From positions 5,691 to 69,690 of the forward strand of contig JBAVYM010000041.1 in the NCBI GenBank assembly GCA_049698775.1: a DNA stretch of 64,000 nucleotides. The letters are read 5' to 3'. This document shows, piece after piece, positions 36,987 through 45,796 of the stretch. How positions within the stretch are numbered: position 1 is the first letter of the stretch; the number at the start of each line of letters is the position of its first letter. A program made the position numbers and the translations under genes. Source of the DNA: Gammaproteobacteria bacterium. Its GTDB lineage: Bacteria; Pseudomonadota; Gammaproteobacteria; Natronospirales; REEB76. The notes beneath the pieces were generated by a model, which did not search any database, had not been told where the DNA came from, and saw only the letters and a program-made list of their open reading frames with translations.

Positions 36987-37565
36987 TCAGGCCGGCTGGA
37001 AGGCGCTGCCGTTCTTGATATTGTCGAAGGCCTTTTGCGCCAGGGCCGCCGCCTGCTTTTCGCCACTGGCGAAGTCCTTGGGGTTGTTTACCTGCACCAT
37101 CATTTTGTAGCCGTCCTGGATGATGTGCAGTTGCACCGAAGTGGAGGTCGGGTTAAGGGTGTTATCCACGAAGAATGCACCCTCGCCGAAACCAGTGGTC
37201 ACATGCACCTTGGTCGGAACGATGTTGTTCTTGAACAGGGCCTTTTGCGTGGCGGCATCTTCGGCCAAGTCAGCGGCAGGATTCTTGGAATTGGAACCGG
37301 ATATTTGCAGTAACACGGCGGTATCGTTGTTGTCGTTGATGTATTCGCAGATATGCACCGGCGAACCGGTGCCGGAGAGCTTCAGTCCGATGAGCTTGCC
37401 GCCCAGTATCTGGCCGGCGGCGGTGTCGGGAAGGGCCAGGCAGGCCATGAGCACTTTCTTGGCCGCGGGTCCGGGGCCCTGGGAGCAACCGGCGATACCG
37501 CCCAAGAGCAATGCAGTTGCTGCACCCATGCCAGTCAGTTTTGCAAAATGATTCAGGTTGAGCAT
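36987..37565 (-). CDS. Lipoprotein of unknown function, last gene of the btuCD unit
   Basis: The ATG at 37565 gives MLNLNHFAKLTGMGAATALLLGGIAGCSQG, which contains a lipobox. It is 192 aa, does not resemble BtuF, and looks slightly lower in GC by eye than its neighbours. Confidence 0.6.
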   Translation of the reverse strand: MLNLNHFAKLTGMGAATALLLGGIAGCSQGPGPAAKKVLMACLALPDTAAGQILGGKLIGLKLSGTGSPVHICEYINDNNDTAVLLQISGSNSKNPAADLAEDAATQKALFKNNIVPTKVHVTTGFGEGAFFVDNTLNPTSTSVQLHIIQDGYKMMVQVNNPKDFASGEKQAAALAQKAFDNIKNGSAFQPA

Positions 37566-37676
37566 TTTTATGCCTCGTGACGGTGATTGAGGATGACGCC
37601 GGTTGAAATGGCAGTGCGCGCTAAGCTTTGGCAATGAGTAAAGGATACCGCAACACCCGCCGTCAGTCATGTACCT

Positions 37677-38450
37677 TCAGCCGGGAAGGTAAACCGTGCC
37701 ACCGGGCCAGCTTACCGGTATCACCGGTGTGCGATACAGACGGCTCAAGTTGGTGGCGGTGAGGGTTTCCGAAATCGGTCCATGCAGGACTTCGCCGTCG
37801 CCGAACAGCATCAGCATCTGGCCACAGAAACGCGCCGCCAGATTCACATCGTGCAGGCTCATGACGATGGCGCGCCCCTGATCGCGGGCCAGTGCGCTGA
37901 AATGCGAGAGCAATGTCAGTTGGTGGTGCAGATCCAGTTGATGCGCGGGTTCATCCAGCAACAGGACCTTGGGATCCTGGGTCAGGATGGTGGCAATGGC
38001 GAGACGGCGGCGTTCGCCGCCGGAAAGCTGGGTTTGAGAACGCTGTTCGAGACCGTCGAGCCCCACCAGTCTGAGTGCACGGCGCGCGATGTTCACATCC
38101 GCGTGGGACTCCCAGCGCCAGAAATCAATATGCGGATGCCGCCCGATGAGTGCGGTTTCCAGCACCGTGGCCGGCAGGCTATCCTCCTGTTGCTGCATGA
38201 GCAGGCCGAGGCATTGCGCGATGCGCCGGCGCGTCAGAGTGTGCAGGACGGCGCCATCCAGAAGGATTTCGCCGTGGTCAGACGCGCGCAATCCGGCCAG
38301 CGTGTGCAGCAGCGTGGTTTTGCCCACGCCGTTTGCACCCAGCACGCCGAGGCAAGCGCCAGCGTGCAGGGCCAAATCAAAATTGCGGCATACGATTTTG
38401 CCGGCGATGTTCACCGTGAGCGCACGCGCTTCCAGCAATGGCGCGTTCAC
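37677..38450 (-). CDS. btuD: ABC transporter ATP-binding protein (BtuD/FecE type)
   Basis: Walker A GANGVGKTT, signature LSGGERRR and Walker B LLLDEP are present. It has a 4-nt overlap with the permease gene. Confidence 0.8.
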   Translation of the reverse strand: MNAPLLEARALTVNIAGKIVCRNFDLALHAGACLGVLGANGVGKTTLLHTLAGLRASDHGEILLDGAVLHTLTRRRIAQCLGLLMQQQEDSLPATVLETALIGRHPHIDFWRWESHADVNIARRALRLVGLDGLEQRSQTQLSGGERRRLAIATILTQDPKVLLLDEPAHQLDLHHQLTLLSHFSALARDQGRAIVMSLHDVNLAARFCGQMLMLFGDGEVLHGPISETLTATNLSRLYRTPVIPVSWPGGTVYLPG

Positions 38451-39433
38451 AGCGGACCCCGTGCGCGATTCAGAAGATACAGGAATACCGGCACGCCGAT
38501 GCCGGCGGTGACCACGCCGACCGGCAATTGCTCGGGCGCTACCACGGTACGCGCCAGGGTGTCGGCAAGCATCAGCAGGCTGCCGCCCAAAAGCACCGCG
38601 CCCGGCAGCAAGCTGCGGTGGTCGCTGCCGGAAATCAGCCGCAGCATGTGCGGGATCACCAAGCCGACGAAACCGATGGCACCGGCTTCGGTCACTGCCA
38701 CCGCGGTGAACAACGACGCGGCGATGTAGATGGCAATGCTGAACGGACGCACCGCCACGCCGAGTGCTTCCGCCAGGGTTTCACCGCGCGACAGCACGTT
38801 CAGATGCCGCGCGAAGGGCATGCAGATGCAAAGGCCGGCGATGAGAACGATGAGCGCCGGCCAGCCGCTGCTGCGATAGGACAAGTCGCCCATGAGCCAG
38901 AACAACATGCTGCGCAAGCTGGCGTTGTCGGATAGCACCAGCAGCAAGCTGATGGCCGCGCCCCAACCGAAGGCCACCACGATGCCGGTGAGCAGCAGGC
39001 GCGTGGGCGTCCAGCCGCCGCGACCGTGGGCCAGCACGAACACGATGAGCATGGAGATGAGCGCGCCCAGAAATGCGCTGCCGCTGATCCAATAGCCGGC
39101 AAGCCCGAACAGCAACGACAACAGCGCACCGACTGCTGCGCCACCCGAGACGCCGAGAATATAAGGATCCGCGAGCGGATTGCGCAGCAGCACCTGCATG
39201 AGTGCGCCGGCGAGTGCCAGGAGACCGCCGGTGGCAAACGCGGTGATGGCGCGCGGCAGGCGCAACTCGAGTACCAGCGTGCGCGTGAGCGGATCGCCGC
39301 CGCCGCTCAGGACATTTACCACCGAGCATAATGGCAGGTGCACACTGCCCACCGCCAACGCCATGCACAACGCAATGAGCGCGAGCACCACCAGGGCGCT
39401 GAGCAGGGGCAGCGGATGCAGGCGCCGTTGCAT
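38447..39433 (-). CDS. btuC: FecCD-family ABC permease (BtuC type)
   Basis: It has ~9-10 TM segments and the motifs ...RLPRAITAFATGGLLALAGALMQVLLRNPLADPYILGVSGGA... characteristic of FecCD/BtuC. Confidence 0.85.
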   Translation of the reverse strand: MQRRLHPLPLLSALVVLALIALCMALAVGSVHLPLCSVVNVLSGGGDPLTRTLVLELRLPRAITAFATGGLLALAGALMQVLLRNPLADPYILGVSGGAAVGALLSLLFGLAGYWISGSAFLGALISMLIVFVLAHGRGGWTPTRLLLTGIVVAFGWGAAISLLLVLSDNASLRSMLFWLMGDLSYRSSGWPALIVLIAGLCICMPFARHLNVLSRGETLAEALGVAVRPFSIAIYIAASLFTAVAVTEAGAIGFVGLVIPHMLRLISGSDHRSLLPGAVLLGGSLLMLADTLARTVVAPEQLPVGVVTAGIGVPVFLYLLNRARGPL

Positions 39434-39658
39434 TTTCAGTGTTCAGCCACTGTGGCATCCAAGGGGACGGGTGTGATCAGCCAATCGAATTGCACAGCGG
39501 AGCCCGTACAGCCCGGCGCGCTGCTGCTCGCATGGAAAAGCGCAAGTTTCATTCTTAAAATCCGCCAGCGGGTTGGGGTGGGCAGGTTAAAGAAATCCTG
39601 CGGCCGCGACAACTAATACGGTTTGCCAGCGCACGCGTGTTTGTGGAACACTTGCCGC

Positions 39659-40180
39659 ATGAACATGCGGCCTGCCGGGATCAGCGGCGGAATCATTGAT
39701 GCGCAAGGCTTCCGCGCCAATGTGGGCATCATTCTCACGGACGGCGCCGGGCGGCTGTTCTGGGCGCGGCGCGTGGGTCAGCCCGGCTGGCAATTTCCGC
39801 AGGGCGGCATCCAGGAACATGAAAGTCCCGAACAGGCGCTGTTCCGTGAACTCGCTGAAGAAATTGGTCTGGAACCCGAGCACGTGGAGATACTCGGCAG
39901 CACCCAGCGTTGGTTGCGCTACCGGCTTCCACAGCGCTATTTGCGCCATGATCTGGCGCCGCTGTGCGTGGGTCAGAAACAACGCTGGTTCCTGCTGCGA
40001 CTGGTCGGCGACGAGTCGGCCGTGCGTCTGGACGCCAGTGATCTGCCGGAATTCGACGACTGGCGCTGGGTGGATTACCGGCATCCGGTACAGGAAGTTA
40101 TTTTTTTCAAACGACGCGTTTATCGGCGCGCGTTGGCGGAATTGGCACCGCTCTTGTTTCCGGATGAAGTGCCGACATGA
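39659..40180 (+). CDS. rppH: RNA pyrophosphohydrolase RppH (Nudix)
   Basis: [23 protein letters not shown] and the Nudix box ...[17 protein letters not shown] are present. The start is uncertain: the ATG at 39659 adds ~11 aa relative to the usual MIDxxGFR start. Confidence 0.85.
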   Translation: MNMRPAGISGGIIDAQGFRANVGIILTDGAGRLFWARRVGQPGWQFPQGGIQEHESPEQALFRELAEEIGLEPEHVEILGSTQRWLRYRLPQRYLRHDLAPLCVGQKQRWFLLRLVGDESAVRLDASDLPEFDDWRWVDYRHPVQEVIFFKRRVYRRALAELAPLLFPDEVPT

Positions 40181-40193
40181 GTATCTCGAATCG

Positions 40194-40697
40194 CTAATCT
40201 TTGGCTTCGTCCGCGAGTTTGGCGAGTGCGTCGCCCGCGAGGCGGTTGATACGCCAATCATCCAGGATGCGTGCCCCCAGGCTTTTATAAAAGCGCATGG
40301 CCGGCGCATTCCAGTCCAGCACCGCCCATTCGAATCTTCCGCACCCCCGCTGCACCGCGAGCCGCGCCAGATGCGCGAGCAACTTGCGACCAAAGCCCCG
40401 GCCACGGAATCCAGGCTTCATATACAGATCTTCCAGGTACAAGCCCGGACGACCCATGAAGGTGGAGAAATTGTGGAAGAACAGCGCGAAACCCACCGGT
40501 TGGTTCGCGAATTCCGCGATGACGCACTCCGCCTTCGGGTGTGCGCCAAACAGATTGACCTGAATATCCTCTTCGGTGGCCACCACTTCGTGGGCAAGTT
40601 TTTCGTATTCCGCCAGTTCGCGGATGAATCCCAGGATCAACACACTATCCGCATGTTTGGCGGAGCGGATGAGAAACCTACCTTTCTGGGCGTGCAT
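40194..40697 (-). CDS. GNAT family N-acetyltransferase
   Basis: The acetyl-CoA binding motif context is LYMKPGFRGRGFGRKLLAHLARLA. Confidence 0.8.
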   Translation of the reverse strand: MHAQKGRFLIRSAKHADSVLILGFIRELAEYEKLAHEVVATEEDIQVNLFGAHPKAECVIAEFANQPVGFALFFHNFSTFMGRPGLYLEDLYMKPGFRGRGFGRKLLAHLARLAVQRGCGRFEWAVLDWNAPAMRFYKSLGARILDDWRINRLAGDALAKLADEAKD

Positions 40698-40733
40698 GTC
40701 CGGGTATTGTAGGGGAAGCGCGCCTGAACGGCA

Positions 40734-40892
40734 CTAGCAGGTTGTTGAAAAACGCCATCCATGGCCTTTTTCAACTCGAAAACCGAAAATGCGATTTCCG
40801 GTTTTCTCCATTTTTCAATCACTTGGCGTGATTGAAAAATGGCGGCACGTCCGTGTACCGCGCTAGCAGGCTGTTTTTCAACAGCCTGCTAG
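40734..40892. repeat. ~160-bp MITE-like element with 20-bp terminal inverted repeats (19/20) and three internal TTGAAAAA-type hairpins
   Basis: The left end is CTAGCAGGTTGTTGAAAAAC (40734-40753). The right end is GTTTTTCAACAGCCTGCTAG (40873-40892). There are perfect 13-bp stems at 40810-40840 and 40863-40892. The right end overlaps the stop codon of the peroxidase gene. Confidence 0.6.
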
Positions 40893-42667
40893 TTACTGTA
40901 GTCCTCATTGAGCGATGCCAGAAACGCGGCCATATCCGCAAGGTCCGCATCGTTGAGTGCAATGTTCTGCATGCGCGGGTCGGCGTTGCGCAGTTGGCCG
41001 GCGCGTGCCAGGGCAGAGGCCTGTTGGTAGAACTTGAGCACGTCGGTGAGCGTGTCGAACTCGCCGTTGTGCATGTAGGGATCGGACTGGCCGAGATCCC
41101 GCAGGGTACGGGTCTTGAACACCGCGACCGCGAGGTTCAGCAATTCATCATCGCTCGCCGCGCAGTCCGCGTATTGCCCGCTTTTGATGGAACATAGGAA
41201 CTCGCGCAGGCTCGCCTGGCGGCTGGGAAAATACGGATTGGCAAAAATGTTCCACACGCCCAAGTCGGTCTTTTGCGGATTGGCGAGCGTGGCGGCGGAA
41301 CGGAATACGCTCTCGTCATCAGGATTGGTTGGCAGGTAGGCGTCGGGATCGGCGTTGCGCTCTGCGAGCGTGGGGATGGACAGTTGCATGAACGCGCCTG
41401 CGCCATGAACCGAATCATATTCGAATTGTGATACACCGGTGTTATGCATGAGATGATCGGTGAAATCCGGCGGAGTGTGGCAGGCGGCGCAGTTGCCAAT
41501 GCCGCCGGCAGTGATTTCCGCGGATGTGAGGGTTGCACCGGCCGGGCGGTTTAGAAAGATCATCAGGCCGTGCAACTCCTGCGTGCCAAATACAAACGGC
41601 TGGTCGTGCTGGAACTTGAGCACGCCGTCGTTCACAAATTGCGGATTGTGCAGTCCGCTCAGTGCCAGCAGCAGGGCGGCGGCGTATTGCTGTGGGGTCT
41701 GGGCCGCTGCCGGCGCACGCGGCAAATTATTGAGAATCAGGAATTGGTCAAAAGGCGAGCCGTTGAACTTATTGTTGCTGTCACGGCTGAACGCCAGGCT
41801 GTTGACGTAGGAAGCGATCAGATTGGCGACGTCCTGGGCGATTTGTTCACCGCTGGCCGTGGCCACATTCAGGCAGTACTGCTGCGGCAGCCGGTATGCG
41901 GCCGGAATCTGCGGGTCGCTGCAATCGAACAGGGTAGCGTAGGGTAGAGAGCCGCTGAACTGCTGTGCCAGCGTATCTGTGCCATTGTCCAGGCGGATCA
42001 CACGGGCAATTTGTTGCACCGCCTGGCCCTGTTCCGTTGGCAACCAGCCAAAATCGCGTCCAGTGAGCGTGTCGTACACCAGCGTGTCCATGTCACCGAA
42101 CTCGCAGTCCCAATGCAGGCATTGACCCGCATCGCCGGTGTTGAAGTCGTCCACCATGGGCGCGGGTTTGCGGGCGGTGAATGCACCCTGTGTGCTGGCG
42201 TCTTCCGGCCTCAGCGGATGGGGCGCCCGGCCGGCAAAGTTGGTGTAGGCGCGCATGCCGCCGCCCGGCACGTCCATTTCCTGTTGCACCAAATGACATT
42301 GCAGGCAGTTCATGGATTGGCCGGCCATGGGACCCGGCAGGGATATGGCGGGGTTCGTGGTGGGCACGTTGGCGACGGTCGGCTCGCCCACATTCACGCC
42401 ATTGATCGCGCCGCCCGAGTGCGTGACGAAATATTGACCGAAGCGCGGATCCTTGAACAGGCGCTCGCCGAGAAGTTGGTCGGGCGGGTTGAGCGCCTCA
42501 CCGACGCTGCATTCACTGGGGCTGACGCATCCGGGGCCGGGCGGCACGTTGGTCTGGCCGCCGTTGGTAAGTTTGCAGCCGCTGAGCAGCGCACCCAGGC
42601 TGGCGAGCAGGCCGGCTAGCATCAGTCCACGCACGCCACGGCGCGGAAAAGCGTCAAAAGAATTCAT
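40889..42667 (-). CDS. Di-heme cytochrome c peroxidase/MauG-family lipoprotein
   Basis: It has a lipobox (LLSGC) and two CXXCH motifs (CLQCH, CAACH), the second in the ...GNCAACHTPPDFTD context typical of the CCP family. Its start overlaps the upstream gene by 14 nt. Confidence 0.75.
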   Translation of the reverse strand: MNSFDAFPRRGVRGLMLAGLLASLGALLSGCKLTNGGQTNVPPGPGCVSPSECSVGEALNPPDQLLGERLFKDPRFGQYFVTHSGGAINGVNVGEPTVANVPTTNPAISLPGPMAGQSMNCLQCHLVQQEMDVPGGGMRAYTNFAGRAPHPLRPEDASTQGAFTARKPAPMVDDFNTGDAGQCLHWDCEFGDMDTLVYDTLTGRDFGWLPTEQGQAVQQIARVIRLDNGTDTLAQQFSGSLPYATLFDCSDPQIPAAYRLPQQYCLNVATASGEQIAQDVANLIASYVNSLAFSRDSNNKFNGSPFDQFLILNNLPRAPAAAQTPQQYAAALLLALSGLHNPQFVNDGVLKFQHDQPFVFGTQELHGLMIFLNRPAGATLTSAEITAGGIGNCAACHTPPDFTDHLMHNTGVSQFEYDSVHGAGAFMQLSIPTLAERNADPDAYLPTNPDDESVFRSAATLANPQKTDLGVWNIFANPYFPSRQASLREFLCSIKSGQYADCAASDDELLNLAVAVFKTRTLRDLGQSDPYMHNGEFDTLTDVLKFYQQASALARAGQLRNADPRMQNIALNDADLADMAAFLASLNEDYSN

Positions 42668-43451
42668 ATTCCAGCCTCAACATGAAAGTTTTATCGGGAG
42701 CATGGGCGTTCATGCCGAATACCACGCCCGCGCTGTATTCGAGTTCGTTCCCTGAATCGGAGGCGTATTCCCCGTACACCACCGGTCCCGACTGGTACTG
42801 GTTGGCGTTGGGATGCAAGTAAACTTCCACGCCCGGCGCGAACAGCGGTGTGACGCGGTAGCTCAGGCTGTAGGCGCTGCGAAACACGTAACCGCGCGCC
42901 GCGCCGGTACCGATCTCGCGCTCCCAGATCAGGTTGAGACGTTGATCGAAACGGCCGCTGTGTTTCTCGAACAACGGCCCGAATTCCAGCTCATTCGCCT
43001 GGCTAAGATGGGTCTTGAATTCGTACGACAGTAAAAACCCGGGGTCCGCCCAGTATTCGCCGGGAGGCGCGAGCTGGAAGGTGTTTTCGAACTCGTAAGC
43101 CACCAGATTGCTGGGCTGGCGCGGAAGCTGGGTGTATTCACCGAGATACAATTCCGTTTTCCACCAACTAGTGAAGCTGTGGGCCACGGACAGCACCTGG
43201 CCGTTCAAATCATCCAGCACCAAGCTGCTGTCGCGATAAGCGGCGGCGCGCAGCTCGATCTCGCTTTGCCCCTGTATTACGTAAGGGGAGTAGACCGTGT
43301 AATCGTTGATGTACTCGTCCAGCTCATTGTCCGCCCGCGCAGCGGGTACGACGACAAACAGTGCCAGTATGATTGCCAATGACAGCGTGAAACGATGCCA
43401 GAAGGATCTTTTGGGTGGCAGTTGGCGAAGGGTAGGGTTCATTTTTTGCAT
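42654..43451 (-). CDS. Outer-membrane beta-barrel protein (unknown family)
   Basis: It has a signal peptide ending ...PAARA, an alternating amphipathic beta-strand pattern, and the C-terminal sequence LRLEYEFF with a terminal Phe. Confidence 0.6.
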   Translation of the reverse strand: MQKMNPTLRQLPPKRSFWHRFTLSLAIILALFVVVPAARADNELDEYINDYTVYSPYVIQGQSEIELRAAAYRDSSLVLDDLNGQVLSVAHSFTSWWKTELYLGEYTQLPRQPSNLVAYEFENTFQLAPPGEYWADPGFLLSYEFKTHLSQANELEFGPLFEKHSGRFDQRLNLIWEREIGTGAARGYVFRSAYSLSYRVTPLFAPGVEVYLHPNANQYQSGPVVYGEYASDSGNELEYSAGVVFGMNAHAPDKTFMLRLEYEFF

Positions 43452-43536
43452 GGCGCTCGTGTTGCAAAGCGTTGCTCAGAAGAATGCGTATTCCGGATGC
43501 GGCACGAAAGTCCGGATGATGTGCAGATGGTCGGCC

Positions 43537-44397
43537 TCAGGTACCAGTCGGCTGGCTGTGAGCTTGCGCCGCGGCCGGTGACGGGCGCGAACGCGCCGTG
43601 CGCCTCCCAACCGTTCGCATTAGCGTGAAGATAGTTACCAGCGTGACCACATAGAACAGCAACTCGATGCCGGAAGGCCGCGCGATGTAGCCCACCAGAA
43701 TATGCAGCAACTGGCCGAGAATGCTCTGCTGGTTCAGGATATGAGAGGTGTTCCAGAGGTTGCTGCCCAGCGCCGGCAACAGGCCAGCCTGGTTGAGGAA
43801 GCCGGCAGCTTGGGCGGCCAGCCCCGCCGTCAGCAGCAGAATCAGCCAGCCAGTGACCGTGAAGAAATAGCGGATCGGAATGAACAATAAGCTGCGGTAA
43901 AGCAGCGCGCCCACCGCGATGCCGGCCGCAAGACCTGCGAAGCCGCCGACCGTCATGCCGAATTCCTGGCCGCCGCTGGCGGCGATGGCCCATAGGAACA
44001 GCACTACTTCCGAACCTTCGCGCATCACTGCGGTGAAACAGATCACCAGCAGTGCCGCCAGGGTTTTATTGCCGGCCTGCACCGCCGCGCCGATCTGCTT
44101 GATTTCTCCCGCGAGCTTGCGGCCGTGACCGCTCATCCAGATGTTGTGCCAGGCGAGCATTACGACCGCAATCAGCAGAATTACTGCATCCAGCAGAGCT
44201 TGGCCGGTGCCGGAAAATGCTTCTGCGATGGCGCCCGCGAACAGCGCCACCAGCCCCGCGCCGAGCGCGCCGAGTAGGATGCCACCCAGCACCCACCGGC
44301 CGCGACGGGCGACGCCGCGGCTCGCGCCCAGCACGATCGCGATCACCAGCGCAGCTTCGAGCACCTCGCGGAAAACAATGACGGCCGTGGCGAGCAT
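43537..44397 (-). CDS. FTR1-family high-affinity iron permease
   Basis: Two REXXE-type motifs (FREVLEA and MREGSEV) are carried in a 7-TM protein. Confidence 0.85.
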   Translation of the reverse strand: MLATAVIVFREVLEAALVIAIVLGASRGVARRGRWVLGGILLGALGAGLVALFAGAIAEAFSGTGQALLDAVILLIAVVMLAWHNIWMSGHGRKLAGEIKQIGAAVQAGNKTLAALLVICFTAVMREGSEVVLFLWAIAASGGQEFGMTVGGFAGLAAGIAVGALLYRSLLFIPIRYFFTVTGWLILLLTAGLAAQAAGFLNQAGLLPALGSNLWNTSHILNQQSILGQLLHILVGYIARPSGIELLFYVVTLVTIFTLMRTVGRRTARSRPSPAAAQAHSQPTGT

Positions 44398-44417
44398 GAG
44401 GAATTCCTGCGAACCGG

Positions 44418-44780
44418 TTATTTGTTGCCGCCGGTTTTGGCGGCGTCTGGCGTGGATACCACCACCCAACCTTGCGCCGCGTGGTTGAAGTCATTGAAGA
44501 AGTTGTAGCGGCCCGGAGCCAGGGGGCCGAGGAACACGACCACCGAGCTATGGCCCGGCACCACCACTTCGCGCGACAGGTCATAGCTCTCGAACTCCGC
44601 CGGCTGACTGTCCTGGTTCACCACCAGCAGCTTGATCTTGGTGTTGGCGGGCAACGGCAACTCTTGGGTGGTAAATACCCGGTTTTTGATCACCAGTTGG
44701 GCGGTGGGCGGTTCGGCATACGCCATGGAGCCAATTGCCAAGGCGGCGATCAAGGCCAGGGAAGTGAGGCGTGGAGACAT
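44418..44780 (-). CDS. Periplasmic cupredoxin-like domain protein (FtrB-like partner of FTR1)
   Basis: It has a signal peptide (MSPRLTSLALIAALAIGSMAYA), and ...KLLVVNQDSQPAEFESYDLSREVVVPGHSSVVVFLGPLAPGRYNFFNDF matches cupredoxin_1-like FTR1 partners. Confidence 0.7.
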   Translation of the reverse strand: MSPRLTSLALIAALAIGSMAYAEPPTAQLVIKNRVFTTQELPLPANTKIKLLVVNQDSQPAEFESYDLSREVVVPGHSSVVVFLGPLAPGRYNFFNDFNHAAQGWVVVSTPDAAKTGGNK

Positions 44781-44816
44781 GCTGTTTCCTTGGATTGAGC
44801 AGCAGTTCGAGTGTTC

Positions 44817-44835
44817 GTAAATGCGAGTAATTCTC
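44817..44835. promoter_or_regulatory. Candidate Fur box in the divergent ftr / bfd promoter region
   Basis: GTAAATGCGAGTAATTCTC matches 12/19 positions of GATAATGATAATCATTATC in my alignment. It is an AT-rich, partly palindromic stretch (AAATGCGAGTAATTCTCATTT) in GC-rich DNA between two iron-related operons. Confidence 0.4.
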
Positions 44836-44925
44836 ATTTGTGAGCAAAGTATAGCTCTTGCTTTTGGTATTGGCAATCGTTCGCATTTGCGTTTATGATT
44901 GCGGATACTGAATCAGGAAATACCC

Positions 44926-45150
44926 ATGTTCGTTTGCGTCTGTCATGCTGTGACCGAGAGTCAGATCCGCCGGGCGGTGGATGAGGGCGCCGCTGGCCTG
45001 GCCGACCTTGGCGCGCGGCTGGGAGTCGCCATCCATTGTGGCTGCTGCGCTGAACAGGCCGTTTCAGCGCTGCAGAAACGCTTGCTTGAAATCGCCTCCT
45101 CGCAACCTCTCACCGGTTCCACCGACATTCGCCCCGCACTTCGCTGCTAG
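44926..45150 (+). CDS. bfd: Bacterioferritin-associated ferredoxin
   Basis: MFVCVCHAVTESQIRRAV...CGCCAE gives the four Cys of the Bfd [2Fe-2S] motif. It lies immediately upstream of bfr. Confidence 0.85.
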   Translation: MFVCVCHAVTESQIRRAVDEGAAGLADLGARLGVAIHCGCCAEQAVSALQKRLLEIASSQPLTGSTDIRPALRC

Positions 45151-45279
45151 CCACGAATCTGAATCGTTCGTGTTTTCTTTAAATTTCATCAATAGAATCA
45201 ACGAGTTATTTATTTATCTGGCGAGAGCGCCTATGCTGCTCTCGGCATAAGCCGCTTTCTCCGGCCAATCGAGGGCAAC

Positions 45280-45744
45280 ATGCAAGGCGATACCAGGGTC
45301 ATCCAGTTCCTGAACAAGGCGCTCAAGAACGAGCTCACCGCCATCAACCAGTATTTCCTGCACGCGCGCATGTACAAGAACTGGGGCCTGAAGGATCTCG
45401 ACGAGCACGAATACAAGGAGTCGGTGAGCGAGATGAAGCACGCCGATCGGCTCATCGAGCGCACCCTGTTCCTGGAAGGGCTGCCGAATCTACAGGAATT
45501 GGGCAAGCTCTACATCGGCGAACACGTCAAGGAGATCATCGAGTGCGACTTGAAGCTGGAAATGGAAGCAGCGCCTTTGTTGCGCGAAGCCATCGCCTAC
45601 TGCGAATCGAAAAGCGATTACATTTCACGCGAGCTGTTCGAGGACATCCTGGAAAGCGAAGAGGACCACATTGATTGGCTGGAAACCCAGTTGGAACTCA
45701 TTCAGCGCGTCGGTATCGAGAACTACACCCAGAAGAAAATCTGA
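45280..45744 (+). CDS. bfr: Bacterioferritin
   Basis: [37 protein letters not shown]...[15 protein letters not shown] covers the ferroxidase ligands and the heme Met context. Confidence 0.95.
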   Translation: MQGDTRVIQFLNKALKNELTAINQYFLHARMYKNWGLKDLDEHEYKESVSEMKHADRLIERTLFLEGLPNLQELGKLYIGEHVKEIIECDLKLEMEAAPLLREAIAYCESKSDYISRELFEDILESEEDHIDWLETQLELIQRVGIENYTQKKI

Positions 45745-45796
45745 ACGGCGTCGCCCACGCACAGCAACGGCTCGCTCTAGTGGGCCGTTTACGTTT

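Noticed and set aside
39434-39620. Possible second cobalamin riboswitch upstream of btuC (a GCCACTGTGGC palindrome is present).
   Set aside because: On the minus strand I found no GGGAA..GGTG, no CCCCGCAAC core and no B12 box. The GCCACTG-like string alone is not enough.
44881-44925. Second Fur-like site next to bfd (GTTTATGATTGCGGATACT).
   Set aside because: It matches only 9/19 positions of the Fur consensus in my alignment, which is too weak to report as a feature.
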